From Octopus sinensis (taxonomy: Eukaryota), in assembly GCF_006345805.1 (NCBI RefSeq), contig NC_043023.1:4030001-4094000 (forward strand): a stretch of DNA of 64,000 nt, written 5' to 3'. The translations under genes and the position numbers were made by a program. How positions within the stretch are numbered: the first letter of the stretch is position 1; each line of letters opens with the position of its first letter. The notes under the pieces were generated by a model. It did not search any database, was not told where the DNA came from, and saw nothing but the letters and a program-made list of their open reading frames with translations. Positions 12,001 to 22,579 of this stretch are shown here, piece by piece.

Positions 12001-12303
12001 GCCTTATATATATATATATATTACATACATATAAGAGGTGGACAACCCTTATGCTAGAAGTAGATCCGCTATGGTCTTACCACTAAGAAAGGATTGTTCT
12101 CAAGAAAAATTTAGCAAATGCCAGAACGTAAGCGAGCAAGATTTGATATTAACCAAATTAATATTCAATTGTTCACCCTTATTATTTTAAATTTATATAT
12201 ATATATATATGTATGTATAAATTTAAAATAATAAGGGTGAAAAATTGAATAACCACTACGCCATACCTTAGGAATGAGAACCCCCAGGTTCGAAATTTCC
12301 CCC

Positions 12304-12351
12304 AAGACACCTGATGAAGGCTGGAGGGTATATCAGCCAAAACGTTGTGTT
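12304..12351 (+). ncRNA. Hammerhead ribozyme motif, family 1 (GAAA mutated to AAAA)
   Basis: gacac-CTGATGA(12311-17)-a-ggctg/cagcc stem II-aAAAC-GTT-gtgtt. Same element as 25526, 25266(-), about 25848 and about 58550(-). Confidence 0.6.
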
Positions 12352-12504
12352 AACAACAAACAAGATGAGGACAAATATCTGTCAAATGTAAATAATGAGA
12401 TTTACCTATGTTTAAAACTCTTCCTAAAGAATATCAGTTAAGGTAATATTATCTACATTTTACATAACTATTTGCATGTGTGTTTTGTATATCTTTCTTT
12501 TACC

Positions 12505-12689
12505 TTTTATTTGACTGCGGCCATGCTGGAGCACCGCCTTTAGTAGAGCAAATCGACCCCGGGACTTATTCTTTGTAAGCCTAGTACTTATTCTATCGGT
12601 CTCTTTTGCCGAACCGCGAAGTAATGGGGACATAAACACACCAGCATCGGTTGTCAAGCAATGCTAGTGGGACCAACACAGACACACAA

Positions 12690-12720
<31 letters not shown>

Positions 12721-12890
12721 CATATATACGACAGGCTTCTTTCAGTTTCCGTCTACCAAATCCACTCACAAGGCATTGGTCAGCCCGAGGATATAGCAGA
12801 AGACACTTGCCCAAGATGCCATGCAGTGGGACTGAACCCGGAACCACGTGGTTGGTAAGCAAACTACTTACCACATAACCACTCCTGCAC
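12505..12890 (-). mobile_element. SINE family A
   Basis: Full tail-to-head match to the family. Confidence 0.85.
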
Positions 12891-13168
12891 CTATGTATAT
12901 ATATTTTCATTTGTCTGTAACAGGTTTGTAAATAAACATGGCAATGAGAGCAAAACATGACCAGACTGTCGCTTAGAAAACTGTTGAAGTGAGTAACAAG
13001 GACGTAACAAAACAGTCAAGTCATTATCATCGTTGTTTAACGTCCGTTTTCCGTGCTGACATGTGTTGGACGGTTTGACTTGTTTCAGTTACTTGACTGT
13101 GGCCATGCTGGAGCACCGACTTAAAGGGTTTTAGTTGAACAAATCGACTCCCAGGACTTATGTCTTAA

Positions 13169-13387
13169 CCCTTTAGTGTTCAGATTATTCAATCAAACAT
13201 AATGCTTATTGATTCCCATTGATTTGAATTAATCATGCATTATCTCATATCTTCAAGATCTTGATGGTGTAATTACTTAATGTAGAATAGCATTGTAGGG
13301 TAGGTGTGAGAGCCTGGATCTGGTCAGTTTGAACATAAAACAGATTAACTATTTTGGCCGGATATGGCCGGTTTAAATACTAAAAGG
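13169..13387. mobile_element. piggyBac-type MITE inserted in a family A SINE
   Basis: TTAA at 13165-68 and 13388-91; imperfect TIRs CCCTTTAGTGTT / AATACTAAAAGG; SINE sequence resumes on both sides. Confidence 0.8.
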
Positions 13388-13654
13388 TTAAGCCTTGTAC
13401 TGATTCTATCTGTCTCTTTTGCCAACACATCCAATCTGATCTGGCAGTGTTTCTACAGCTGGATGCCCTTCCTGATGCCAACCACTCCGAGAGTGTAGTG
13501 GGTGCTTTTTACATGCCAGTCAGGCGGCACTGGCATCGGCCATGCTTGAATGGCGCTTTTTACATGCCAATGGCACAGGAGCCAGTGAGGCAGCACTGGC
13601 CTCAACCACGCTCGAATGGTGCTACGTGGAAACAATATATGGAGTCCACTACTA

Positions 13655-13890
13655 CCTCTGGCAAGCCAATTCCTGGTAGGAAATGACTGATTCATACTAA
13701 ACAAACTGTTGAAGCTATGAAGAAGTGAATGAACCGAAATCTCTGCAGGAATGCAAGGAAAACTGCAAAAGCTCTTGATATTTTGAAATTGTCAATTCGC
13801 AGGATTTTTAAACTGCATACAAGCCAACTTCACTTGTGGTGTGGACCACAGTTGCATCTGATGGGTCCAGGTCTCCCTTGATCTTCATCG
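13655..13890 (+). pseudogene. Internally deleted mariner-like (DD37D/maT-type) transposase remnant
   Basis: GKPIPGRK...NRNLCRNARKTAKALDI joined to VVWTTVASDGSRSPLIFI. Confidence 0.6.
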
Positions 13891-14440
13891 TATATATGTA
13901 TGTGAATGTATATGTTTGTGTCTGTTGTGTGTGTGTATGTTTGTCCCCACAACATCGCTTGACAACTGATGCTGGTGTGTTTTTACGTTCCTGTAACTTA
14001 GTGGTTCAGCAAAAGAAACCAATAGAATAAGTACTAGGCTTACAAAGAATAAGTCCTGGGGTGGATTGATAATGTTATGGATGATACAGAAATATTTCCT
14101 TACAAATTCTGGGAGTTTTCTGGTAAATAAATCTCCATTTAAGACAGGGTAACTGTTTAATAACTCAAGGTAACAGGGAGCATACAAAGCAGGAAGTACT
14201 TACCTGAAGAAAGGGGGGAAAATGGTCGAGAAATTTAAACTGGTTTTTAATTAAGGAACACAAGAATACATGGTAGCTGAAAAAGAGAAAAAAGGGAGAG
14301 AAATAAAGGGGTTTGCTGTTGATGAAATTTTGGCTTGCATGGTGGAGATGTAAATGAAACCCTTCGTCCCTTTAATTTTTATTTTTTGTAAATAATTTTC
14401 AAAAAATGGCAACTTCAAAATTTCAAAAAAGTGAAATTAA

Positions 14441-14780
14441 CAGGAGTGGCTGTGTGGTAAGTAGCTTGTTTACCAACCACATGGTTCCGGGTTCAGTCCC
14501 ACTGCGTGTCTTCTACTATAGCCTCGGGCCGACCAAAGCCTTATGAGTGGAATTGGTAGACGGAAACTGAAAGAAGCCCGTCGTATATATGTATATATAT
14601 ATATATATGCGTGTGTGTATGCTGGTGTGTTTACGTCCCCATCACTTAGCGGTTCGGCAAAAAGAGAGCGATAGAATAAGTACTGGGCTTACAAAAGAAT
14701 AAGTCCCGGGGTCGATTTGCTCGATTAAAGGCGGTGCTGCAGCATGGCCGCAGTCAAATGACTGAAACAAGTAAAAGAGT
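14441..14780 (+). mobile_element. SINE family A
   Basis: Starts ggagtggctgtgtggtaagtagc; ends aaatgactgaaacaagtaaaagag. Confidence 0.9.
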
Positions 14781-15207
14781 ATGTCCATTCATATCCTGTG
14801 TGCAAACACACGTTTTACTTGTGGCAATAATGCCGTTTGTTTTTTAAAAAAATCCATTATTTTCTCTGGAGCAAGCTGCTTCAATATTTCCTCAAATGAA
14901 CACTTTAATTTCACTTTGTCATATTACTGCAGGAAATTACTCCGAAAGAAATCTTTGCAGAAAGCTGAGTAGATTGATTACATATTTTTTTTTATTATGT
15001 CATAGCAGTTTTGTGAGATTTGGCTGTTATTTCTAGCATGTGAATAGCCTGCTTGAAGACCAAGGCCGTAGAATCGGGAGGGGGTTGGGGTAATTTATTT
15101 ATTTATTTTTTTGAAAAATTGAAATTTTACAAACAATTTTTTTTTCAGAATCATAATCTTCGTATTTTTGTACATATTTCGCAAAAAAAAAAAAAAAAAA
15201 AATTAAT

Positions 15208-15590
15208 GGAGTGGCTGTGTGGTAAGTAGCTTGCTAACCAACCACATGGTTCCGGGTTCAGTCCCACTGTGTGGCACCTTGGGCAAGTGTCTTTTACTAT
15301 AGCCTCAGGCCAACCAAGGCCATGTGAGTGGATTTGGTAGACGGAAACTGAAAAGAAGCCCGTCGTATATATGTATATATATATGTGTGTGTGTATGTGT
15401 TTGTCCCTCTAGCATTGCTTGACAACTGATGCTGGTGTGTTTACGTCCCCGTCACTTAGCGGTTCGGTAAAAGAGACCGATAGAATAAGTACTGGGCTTA
15501 CAATAAGTCCCGGGGTCAAGTTGCTCGTTTAAAAGGCGGTGCTCCAGCATGGCCGCAGTCAAATGACTGAAACAAGTAAAAGAAAGAGAG
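15208..15590 (+). mobile_element. SINE family A, full length
   Basis: Complete head, internal TA/TG tract and tail. Confidence 0.9.
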
Positions 15591-15818
15591 AGAATCTCCG
15601 TATTTTTGTACATATTTAGCAAAAATATAAAAAAGAGGAAATTCCAGAAAAAGTTTAAAAAATGAAGAAGTGGGGGAGGAGGGGAGGAATTTAAAGTTTG
15701 AAGTTGCGAGTTTTGAAATTTTTTTTTTTTTTTAAATCAAAATCGGAATCTTCATAGCCTAAGACGAGGGATTCCTTAAAAAAAGAAAAATTAAAGTTGG
15801 GGGAAGGGTTCCGTTTAC

Positions 15819-15932
15819 ATCGCCATGTGAACCGAAATTTTCTATAAATCAATTTCAGAAATGTGTAGATTACGATTAAATTTGAATTGAAGATGAAAAT
15901 ATATATTTTATAGCCTCGTACACATATATACT
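15819..15932 (-). other. Candidate first exon of the minus-strand gene
   Basis: Runs from the Inr to a weak donor AT|GTAAAC at 15818; ends in ATGGCGAT. Confidence 0.3.
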
Positions 15933-15963
15933 GACACATATTGCAGCGTGGAAGGTGTTTATA
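15930..15963 (-). promoter_or_regulatory. Candidate TATA box plus TCAGT initiator core promoter
   Basis: Minus-strand TATAAA at 15963-15958 and TCAGT at 15934-15930, placing the TATA at -31 from the Inr A (15932). Lies in non-repetitive CpG-rich DNA upstream of the 11307 exon. Confidence 0.4.
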
Positions 15964-16273
15964 AGCCAGGTACTACATAAGAAGAGTGGTCCCGTTGCGC
16001 ACACTCGCATAGTCGCGCATCCGCGCTAGCTAGTCGTGACTAGTCGATCCTACAACGATTACGTAGCAAAGTAAATAAAACACAAAATAAATAATTTTTT
16101 AGTACTACATTAGAAGAGTGGTCCCGGTGCGCGCACTCGCGCAAGCTAGTAGTGACTAGTCGATCCTTTGTGTTTTTGTGTTATTTACTTTGTTTAGAAA
16201 AATTATTGTCAAAATATTTGCGCATTTTGATAATTATGAGGCACACCTTTGGCGGTATGCTGTGTGCACAGAG

Positions 16274-17061
16274 GGCGGCGTGCTGGCAGACACGTTAGCA
16301 CGCCGGGAGAAATGCTTTGCGGTATTTCGTCTGCTGTTACGTTCTGAGTTCAAATTCCGCCGAGGTCGACTTTGCCTTTCATCCTTTCGGGGTCGATAAA
16401 TTAAGTACCAGTTACGCACTGGGGTCGATGTAATCGACATAATACCTATGTCTGTCCTTGTTTGTCCCCTCTATGTTTAGCCCCTTGTGGGTAATAAAGA
16501 AATAGGTATTTCGTCTGCCACTACGTTCCGAGTTCAAATTCTGCCGAGGTCGACTTTGCCTTTCATCCTTTCGGGGTCGATAAATTAAGTACCAGTTACG
16601 CACTGGGGTCGTTCTAATCGACTTAATCCATGTGTCTGTCCTTGTTTGTCCCCTCTATGTTTAGCCCCTTGTGGGTAATAAAGAAATAGGTATTTCGTCT
16701 GCCACTACGTTCCGAGTTCAAATTCTGCCGAGGTCGACTTTACCTTTCATCCTTTCGGGGTCGATTAAATAAGTACCAGTTACGCACTGGGGTCGTTCTA
16801 ATCGACTTAATCCGTTTGTCTGTCCTTATTTGTCCCCTCTATGTTTAGCCCCTTGTGGGTAATAAAGAAATAGGTATTTCATCTGGCGCTACGTTCTGAG
16901 TTCAAATTCCGCCGAGGTCGACTTTACCTTTCATCCTTTCGGGGTCGATAAATTAAGTACCAGTTACGCACTGGGGTCGATGTAATCGCCTTAATACCTA
17001 TGTCTGTCCTTGTTTCTCCCCTCTATGTTTAGCCCCTTGTGGGCAATAAACAAATAGGTAT
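16274..17061 (+). mobile_element. SINE family B: tRNA-like head plus four 184-bp units
   Basis: Head ggcggcgtgctggcagacacgttagc; GGTAT junction at 16321, 16505, 16689, 16873 and 17057. The central 'gcctttcatcctttcggggtcgataaattaagtaccag' resembles the conserved Deu/Nin-type SINE domain from memory. Confidence 0.9.
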
Positions 17062-17091
17062 GCTGTATGCTCACACATATATACAGTATAT

Positions 17092-17124
<33 letters not shown>

Positions 17125-17689
17125 AATTCCACACTTAAAAACAAGTACCGTGGGGTGATCTTATCATCTAAATTCGCCAAGGCGAGGGCCCACGAGGGCC
17201 CAGAATGGTCTCAATCCTATGACCCTTTAACTGAAGCAATTAAACAGCTAAAGAATAGACACATCCCACACACGTGTAAGTGCGTGTCTATAAGAATACG
17301 ATAAACATATTTACGTAAAGGTGACGTTAATTCATAAAGCTAAACTGCATTAAAGCTGCGACAAAGTGATTAAAAGGAAAATAATTACCTCAATTATAAG
17401 AACATATGCTTGACATCTTGTTTTGGATGGAACGGTGTCGATGTAATTATGACACCGGTGCACTTATTTCCGCCAAGGTGCTCGTTTTTATTGGAATTTT
17501 GCGTAGGTGCGCTGAGACGTGCACGCTGAGGGAACTTCCTAGTTGACGTTCGTAAAATCATATTGATCGAAAAAGTTTATTTCAGTGAGACATTCCATGC
17601 GAGGAAAAATTAGTCTTACTTTCTCTACGCCTCTCTTCCTGCGCGCGCACACAAACTTTTATGTTTGTTTTTACGTTTACTCTTTTACT

Positions 17690-18010
17690 CTTTTACTTGT
17701 TTCAGTAATTTTGACTGTGGCCATGCTGGAGCACCGCCTTTAGTCGAGCAAATGAACCCCAGGACTTACTCTTTGTAAGCCTAGTACTTATCGGTCGCTT
17801 TTCTCTTTTACTCTTTTACTTGTTTCAGGCATTTGACTGTGGCCATGCTGGAGCACCGCCTTTAGTCGAGCAAATCAACCCCAGGACTTACTCTTTGTAA
17901 GCCCAGTACTTATTCTATCGGTCTCTTTTGCCGAACCGCTAAGTTACGAGGACATAAACAGACCAGCATCGGTTGTCAGGCGATGTTGGGGGAGACAAAC
18001 AGACACACAA
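17690..18010 (-). mobile_element. SINE family A 3' half with a duplicated about 120-bp tail
   Basis: The tail segment occurs at about 17690 and again at about 17810. Confidence 0.8.
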
Positions 18011-18084
18011 ACACAGGATCAACCGAGGATCAACTTTCTAAATACGAATTACCAAAAGAGAAAAAAAAAAAATAGAGTTATGAA

Positions 18085-18332
18085 GTGCGTTTGTCCGTTC
18101 TTGTTTGTCCCCTCTGTGTTTAGCCCCTTGTGGGTAGTAAAGAAATAGGTATTTCGTCTGCCACTACATTCTGAGTTCAAATTCCGTCGAGGCCGACTTT
18201 GCCTTTCATCTTTTCGGGGTCGATTAAATAAGTACCAGTTGTGCATCGGGGTCGATATAATCGACTTAATCCGTTTGTCCGTCCTTGTTTGTCCCCTCTG
18301 TGTTTAGCCCCTTGTCGGTAGTAAAGAAATAA
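18085..18332 (+). mobile_element. SINE family B, headless, about 1.4 units
   Basis: Contains the tail-to-body junction aaataggtatttcgtctgcc. Confidence 0.8.
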
Positions 18333-18769
18333 GAAACTTGAACTAGTGAAGTTGTCAAGTGCTTGGTTCTCTTTGGGCCTGGCTGTCAGAATTTATTCCT
18401 TGCGCCTCTTGTATGAATTATGGTGAATGTTCTCATTCAGGGCCAGCTTCATAGTGGCAATTCCAACACCCATCTCTCTCACCGAAGCCCAGATTCCCTT
18501 GTTCTGATTTTCCACCACCTTCTTCAGCAGTTCTTGGATGAATTCCAGAGTGAGGATGCTGCCAGAATACCTGTTTTGTCGCTTCCAGCTGACTATGGCT
18601 TCATATTCTTTGTTGTAGCTGTCCATGTTGTGTCTTATAACCTTTACAACAGTGGTTCTCAACTGGGGCCCACACGACCCTTAGGGATCCGCATAAGGTT
18701 CTGTTGTTAAAATTTATTATACTTCTACAATACACAAAATATTTTTAACAATTTTTTATACACTTCCAG

Positions 18770-19312
18770 AGACCACTGGAGATATGCTGTGACTACGAAG
18801 ACCCGACAAATAAACATGGCTGTTTCCTGCACCAGCTTCACATAGCAGGCCCAGCCCATCCAATGTACCTTGGATCGCAGAACGGCCTGCTGTGCTCACC
18901 TTGGATCGTAGGGTGACCTGCTGTGCTTGAGGAGACCTATTGAGTCAATTACATCAACATCAAATAAAAATCAAATGGAAATTGTAGCTGTGATCGGTGG
19001 CACGCAAAAAGCACCATCCGAACATGGCCGATGTCAGCGCCGCTTCGACTGGCTTCTGTGCCAGTGGCACGTAAAAAGCACCAACTGATCGTGGCCGTTG
19101 CTAGCCTCTCCTGGCACCTGTGACGGTGGCATGTAAAAATCACCCACTACGCTCTCATAGTGGTTGGCGTTAGGAAGGGTATCCAGCTGTAGAAACACTG
19201 CCAGATCAGATTGGAGCCTGGTGCAGCCTCCTGGCTTCCCAGACCCCAGTTAAACTGTCCAACCCATGCTAGCATGGAAAACGGACGTTAAACGATGATG
19301 ATGATGTTGATG
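18770..19312 (+). mobile_element. RTE-3'-end-derived element nested in the hAT MITE
   Basis: Ends ccatgctagcatggaaaacggacgttaaacgatgatgatg. The same tail family occurs at about 21240-21800, 28060-28330, 38160-38385, 39740-39940, 40310-40505, 56230-56570, 57270-57510 and 61105-61275. Confidence 0.7.
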
Positions 19313-19370
19313 ATGAATTTTTTATACACTTTCTAATAATGTTTAATTACAAAAATATTATAGGATTTTT

Positions 19371-19798
19371 TGATCTTTTCGGTTTGAACGGCAGTTTTTT
19401 ATAGCGGTGTCATATGAAATTGTCACCCATAATTATGACCCTGGTATCGATCTATTGCATTTCAATCTGTTTTAGAGTTAGAGTTAGGGTTAGGGGTGGG
19501 GGAATGGTATCTTTTTTTCTTCAGAAATGTAAAAAAGCCCAATCTGTTTCTTAAACAAGGGACATATTCATACGGTACAGAATGTTTTTTTTTCACCTCA
19601 ATAGACGTCATTGATTGGTTGAAATTGCAGAAATTGAAGAAAAAAACCCAACAAATATCTTAAAATCTATATAATTTTCTGAATAAAGCCAAGAGAAAAA
19701 GGTGTTTTATAAACACATTCTACCAGTATACAAAGTTTAAAATTTTTTAGTTACCTAGAAATTATTTTAAAAGACTGCCGGTCAAACCAAAAAGATCC
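19371..19798 (+). mobile_element. Full-length GGATC-TIR MITE, 8-bp TSD (Merlin/hAT/P-type; GG..CC ends favour Merlin)
   Basis: TIRs (t)gatcttttcggtttgaacggcag / ctgccggtcaaaccaaaaagatcc; TSD ggattttt at 19363-70 and 19799-806. Confidence 0.8.
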
Positions 19799-20289
19799 GG
19801 ATTTTTTTATACACATCGAATGGCTATAAAATTCTAGTCGAGAAGAAAACAGGAGTCGAAGAATCCATAGGCAAAAACTGGTTGAGAATCATTGCTTTAC
19901 ATTGGTTACAGAGCTTTCAGTCATGATATCAGCATTTTGATATCCAGCGTCAAACATAGTGACACAGGTAACTTTTTTCCAATATTCAGATGGCTTCCAG
20001 TCCTCTATGTCCGATATTTTTTCTCAGCTACAACTTTAATCTTTATGCTCTCCAACGCTGTTGACTATTCACTAATACGTCAAGTTATTCCTATAGAAAG
20101 GAGACAAATTATCTGTCAAATTTAATCCAAACACCATATATATCTTTCACGCCATCCGATTCGGTAAATGAATGTAAGGGAAATAACTCATAACTATTTA
20201 GACAGATTTATCTCCCTTGAAAATTACTTTTGCCTGTTTTGTTTCTTTTTGGAAAATTTATATATTGGAGGCAGTTGGGATATTTATCG

Positions 20290-20585
20290 GACATTAACAC
20301 ACACTACACACACATACAACAAACACAAAACACATACACACAAACACACAACACGCACACTCACACAGCACACACACGCACGTACAACACACACACAATA
20401 CACAAAACACACACACAATACACATACACACGCGCGCACACACAGAACACACACAACACATACACACACACACACACATAACACAATACACGCACACACA
20501 ACACACACACGCGCACACACACACAACACACACACACATAACACAATACACGCACACACAACACACACACGCGCACACACACACG
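20290..20585. repeat. CA-rich cryptic microsatellite
   Basis: Degenerate (ca)n with a duplicated about 60-bp subunit. Confidence 0.9.
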
Positions 20586-20589
20586 GTTG

Positions 20590-20810
20590 ATATGAGAAGT
20601 GTAGAGAACATAAACTTGATCTGCCCCAGTATTTCATTGATCTTACCAAGGTCTTTGACCCCACTCACAATCTAATTCTTTGGGATGCCTTCCGAAGCTG
20701 GTGTACCCCGGAAAGTCCACAGGGCTCATTCGATTTCATCCTGATAGCATGAAAACACGGGTGTGTGTCAACAGCAAACTACTACAACCCATCTTAGTTG
20801 AATCTTAGTT
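20590..20810 (+). pseudogene. RTE-clade reverse transcriptase fragment
   Basis: YEKCREHKLDLPQYFIDLTKVFD...LWD, then a frameshifted MKTRVCVNSKL motif. Confidence 0.7.
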
Positions 20811-20832
20811 GAATCTGATGTTAACATAGGCA

Positions 20833-21205
20833 CAGGAGTGGCTGTGTGGTAAGTAGCTTGCTAACCAACCACGTGGTTCCGGGTTCAGTCCCACTGCGTG
20901 GCATCTTGGGCAAGTGTCTTCTGCTATAGCCCTGGGCCGACCAATGCCTTGTGAGTGGATTTGGTAGACGGAAACTGAAAGAAGCCTGTCGTATATATGT
21001 ATATATATGTGTGTGTGTGTGTGTTTGTGTGTCTGTGTTTGTCCCCCTAGCATTGCTTGACACCCGATGCTGGTATGTTTACGTCCCCGTCACTTAGCGG
21101 TTCGGCAAAAAGAGACCGATAGAATAAGTACTGGGCTTACAAAGAATAAGTTCCGGGGTCGAGTTGCTCGACTACAGGCAGTGCTCCAGCATGGCCGCAG
21201 TCAAC
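20833..21205 (+). mobile_element. SINE family A
   Basis: Complete head and body. Confidence 0.9.
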
Positions 21206-21947
21206 TTAACTATATTCTTAACTATTGCTGTGTGTGAAAACACCCGGCAGGACAAGTGAGGCCATAATCCTGTGGCCTCTACCTGGGATGTAGCCAGTTC
21301 ACTTATACATTCCTTTCCTTCTTGGGACACAAAGCTCCACTTGTGAAGACCTGTCGAGGCAAGTGAAAATCAAAATCGTATTCGATCAACATCAATGGAA
21401 TTTGTAGCTGTGATACCAGTGCTGGTGGCACATGAGAGAGCCATCCGAACGTGGCCGTAGCCAGCACCGCCCTGACTGGCCTCCGTGCCTGTGGCATGTA
21501 AAAAGCACCATCCGATTTGTGGCTGTTGCCAGCTTTCGTCTGGTCTCTGTGCCGGTGGCATGTAAAAAGCACCATCCGATCGTGGCCGTTTGCCAGCTTT
21601 GTCTGGCACCTGTGCCGGTAGTACGTAAAAAGCACTCTCTACACTCACGGAGTGGTTGGCGTTAGGAAGGGCATCCAGCTGTAGAAACACTGCCAGATCA
21701 GACTGGGCCTGGTGCAGCCTCCATGGCTTCCCAGACCCCAGTTCTACCGTCCAACCCATGCTAGCATGGAAAGCAGACGCTAAATGATGATGATGATGAT
21801 GATTGATATCTCGCAAGCCTTTGTGCACAGGGATGCTGGTATTGACATCCATTACCAGACAACAGGAATGCTTTTCAGCATCCATCCATCATTTTACTGC
21901 AGTTTCAAACATTTTAATAATAATAATAATAATAATGAAATTATTGT

Positions 21948-22542
21948 ATACCTATTTCTTTACTACCCACAAGGGGCTAAACACAGAGGAGACAAACAAG
22001 GACAGACAAACAGATTAAGCCGATTATATTGACCCCAGTGAGTAACTGGTACTTAATGCATTGACCCTGAAAGGGTGAAAGGCAAAGTCGACATCAGCGG
22101 AATTTGAACTCAGAACGTAGCGGCAGACGAAATACCTATTTCTTTACTACCCACAAGGGGCTAAACACAGAGAGGACAAACAAAGGGATTAAGTCGATTA
22201 TATCGACCCCAGTGCGTAACTGGCACTTAATTTATTGACCCCGAAAGGATGAAAGGCAAAGTCAACTTCGATGGAATTTGAACTCAGAATGTAGCGGCAG
22301 ACGAAATACCTATTTCTTTACTACCCACAAGGGGCTAAACATAGAGGGGACAAACAAGGACAGACAAACGGATTAAGTCGATTACATCGACCCCAGTGCA
22401 TAACTGGAACTTAATTTATTGACCCTGAAAGGATGAAAGGCAAAGTTGACCTCGGCGGAATTTGAACCCAGAATGTAACGGCAGACAAAATACGGCTATG
22501 CATTCTGCCCACTGTGCTAACGTTTCTACCAGCTTGCCGCCC
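21948..22542 (-). mobile_element. SINE family B: head plus three units
   Basis: Junctions at 21948, 22132, 22306 and 22490 (periods 184, 174, 184); head at 22490-22542. Confidence 0.9.
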
Positions 22543-22579
22543 AGATTGTATACTGTGCTCAGGTGCACCAAAACTTGTC

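Larger units (their letters stand above)
18650..19894. mobile_element. hAT (Charlie-like) MITE carrying nested insertions
   Basis: TIRs CAGTGGTTCTCAAC / GTTGAGAATCATTG; 8-bp TSD ctttacaa / ctttacat with a central TA. Confidence 0.8.
18340..19975 (-). pseudogene. maT/DD37D-like transposase N-terminal remnant split by a hAT MITE (pieces 19903-19975 and 18340-18649)
   Basis: TMFDAGYQNADIMTESSVTNVK continues as VIRHNMDSYNKEYEAIVSWKRQ...SVREMGVGIATMKLALNENIHHNSYKRRK across the insertion. Confidence 0.7.

Noticed and set aside
14068-14135. Possible plus-strand micro-exon DNVMDDTEIFPYKFWEFSG with a GTAAAT donor
   Set aside because: No acceptor (directly abuts a SINE), no partner exons, too short to assess.
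19478-19500. Telomeric TTAGGG repeats
   Set aside because: Only about two units, internal to a MITE; not an interstitial telomere.
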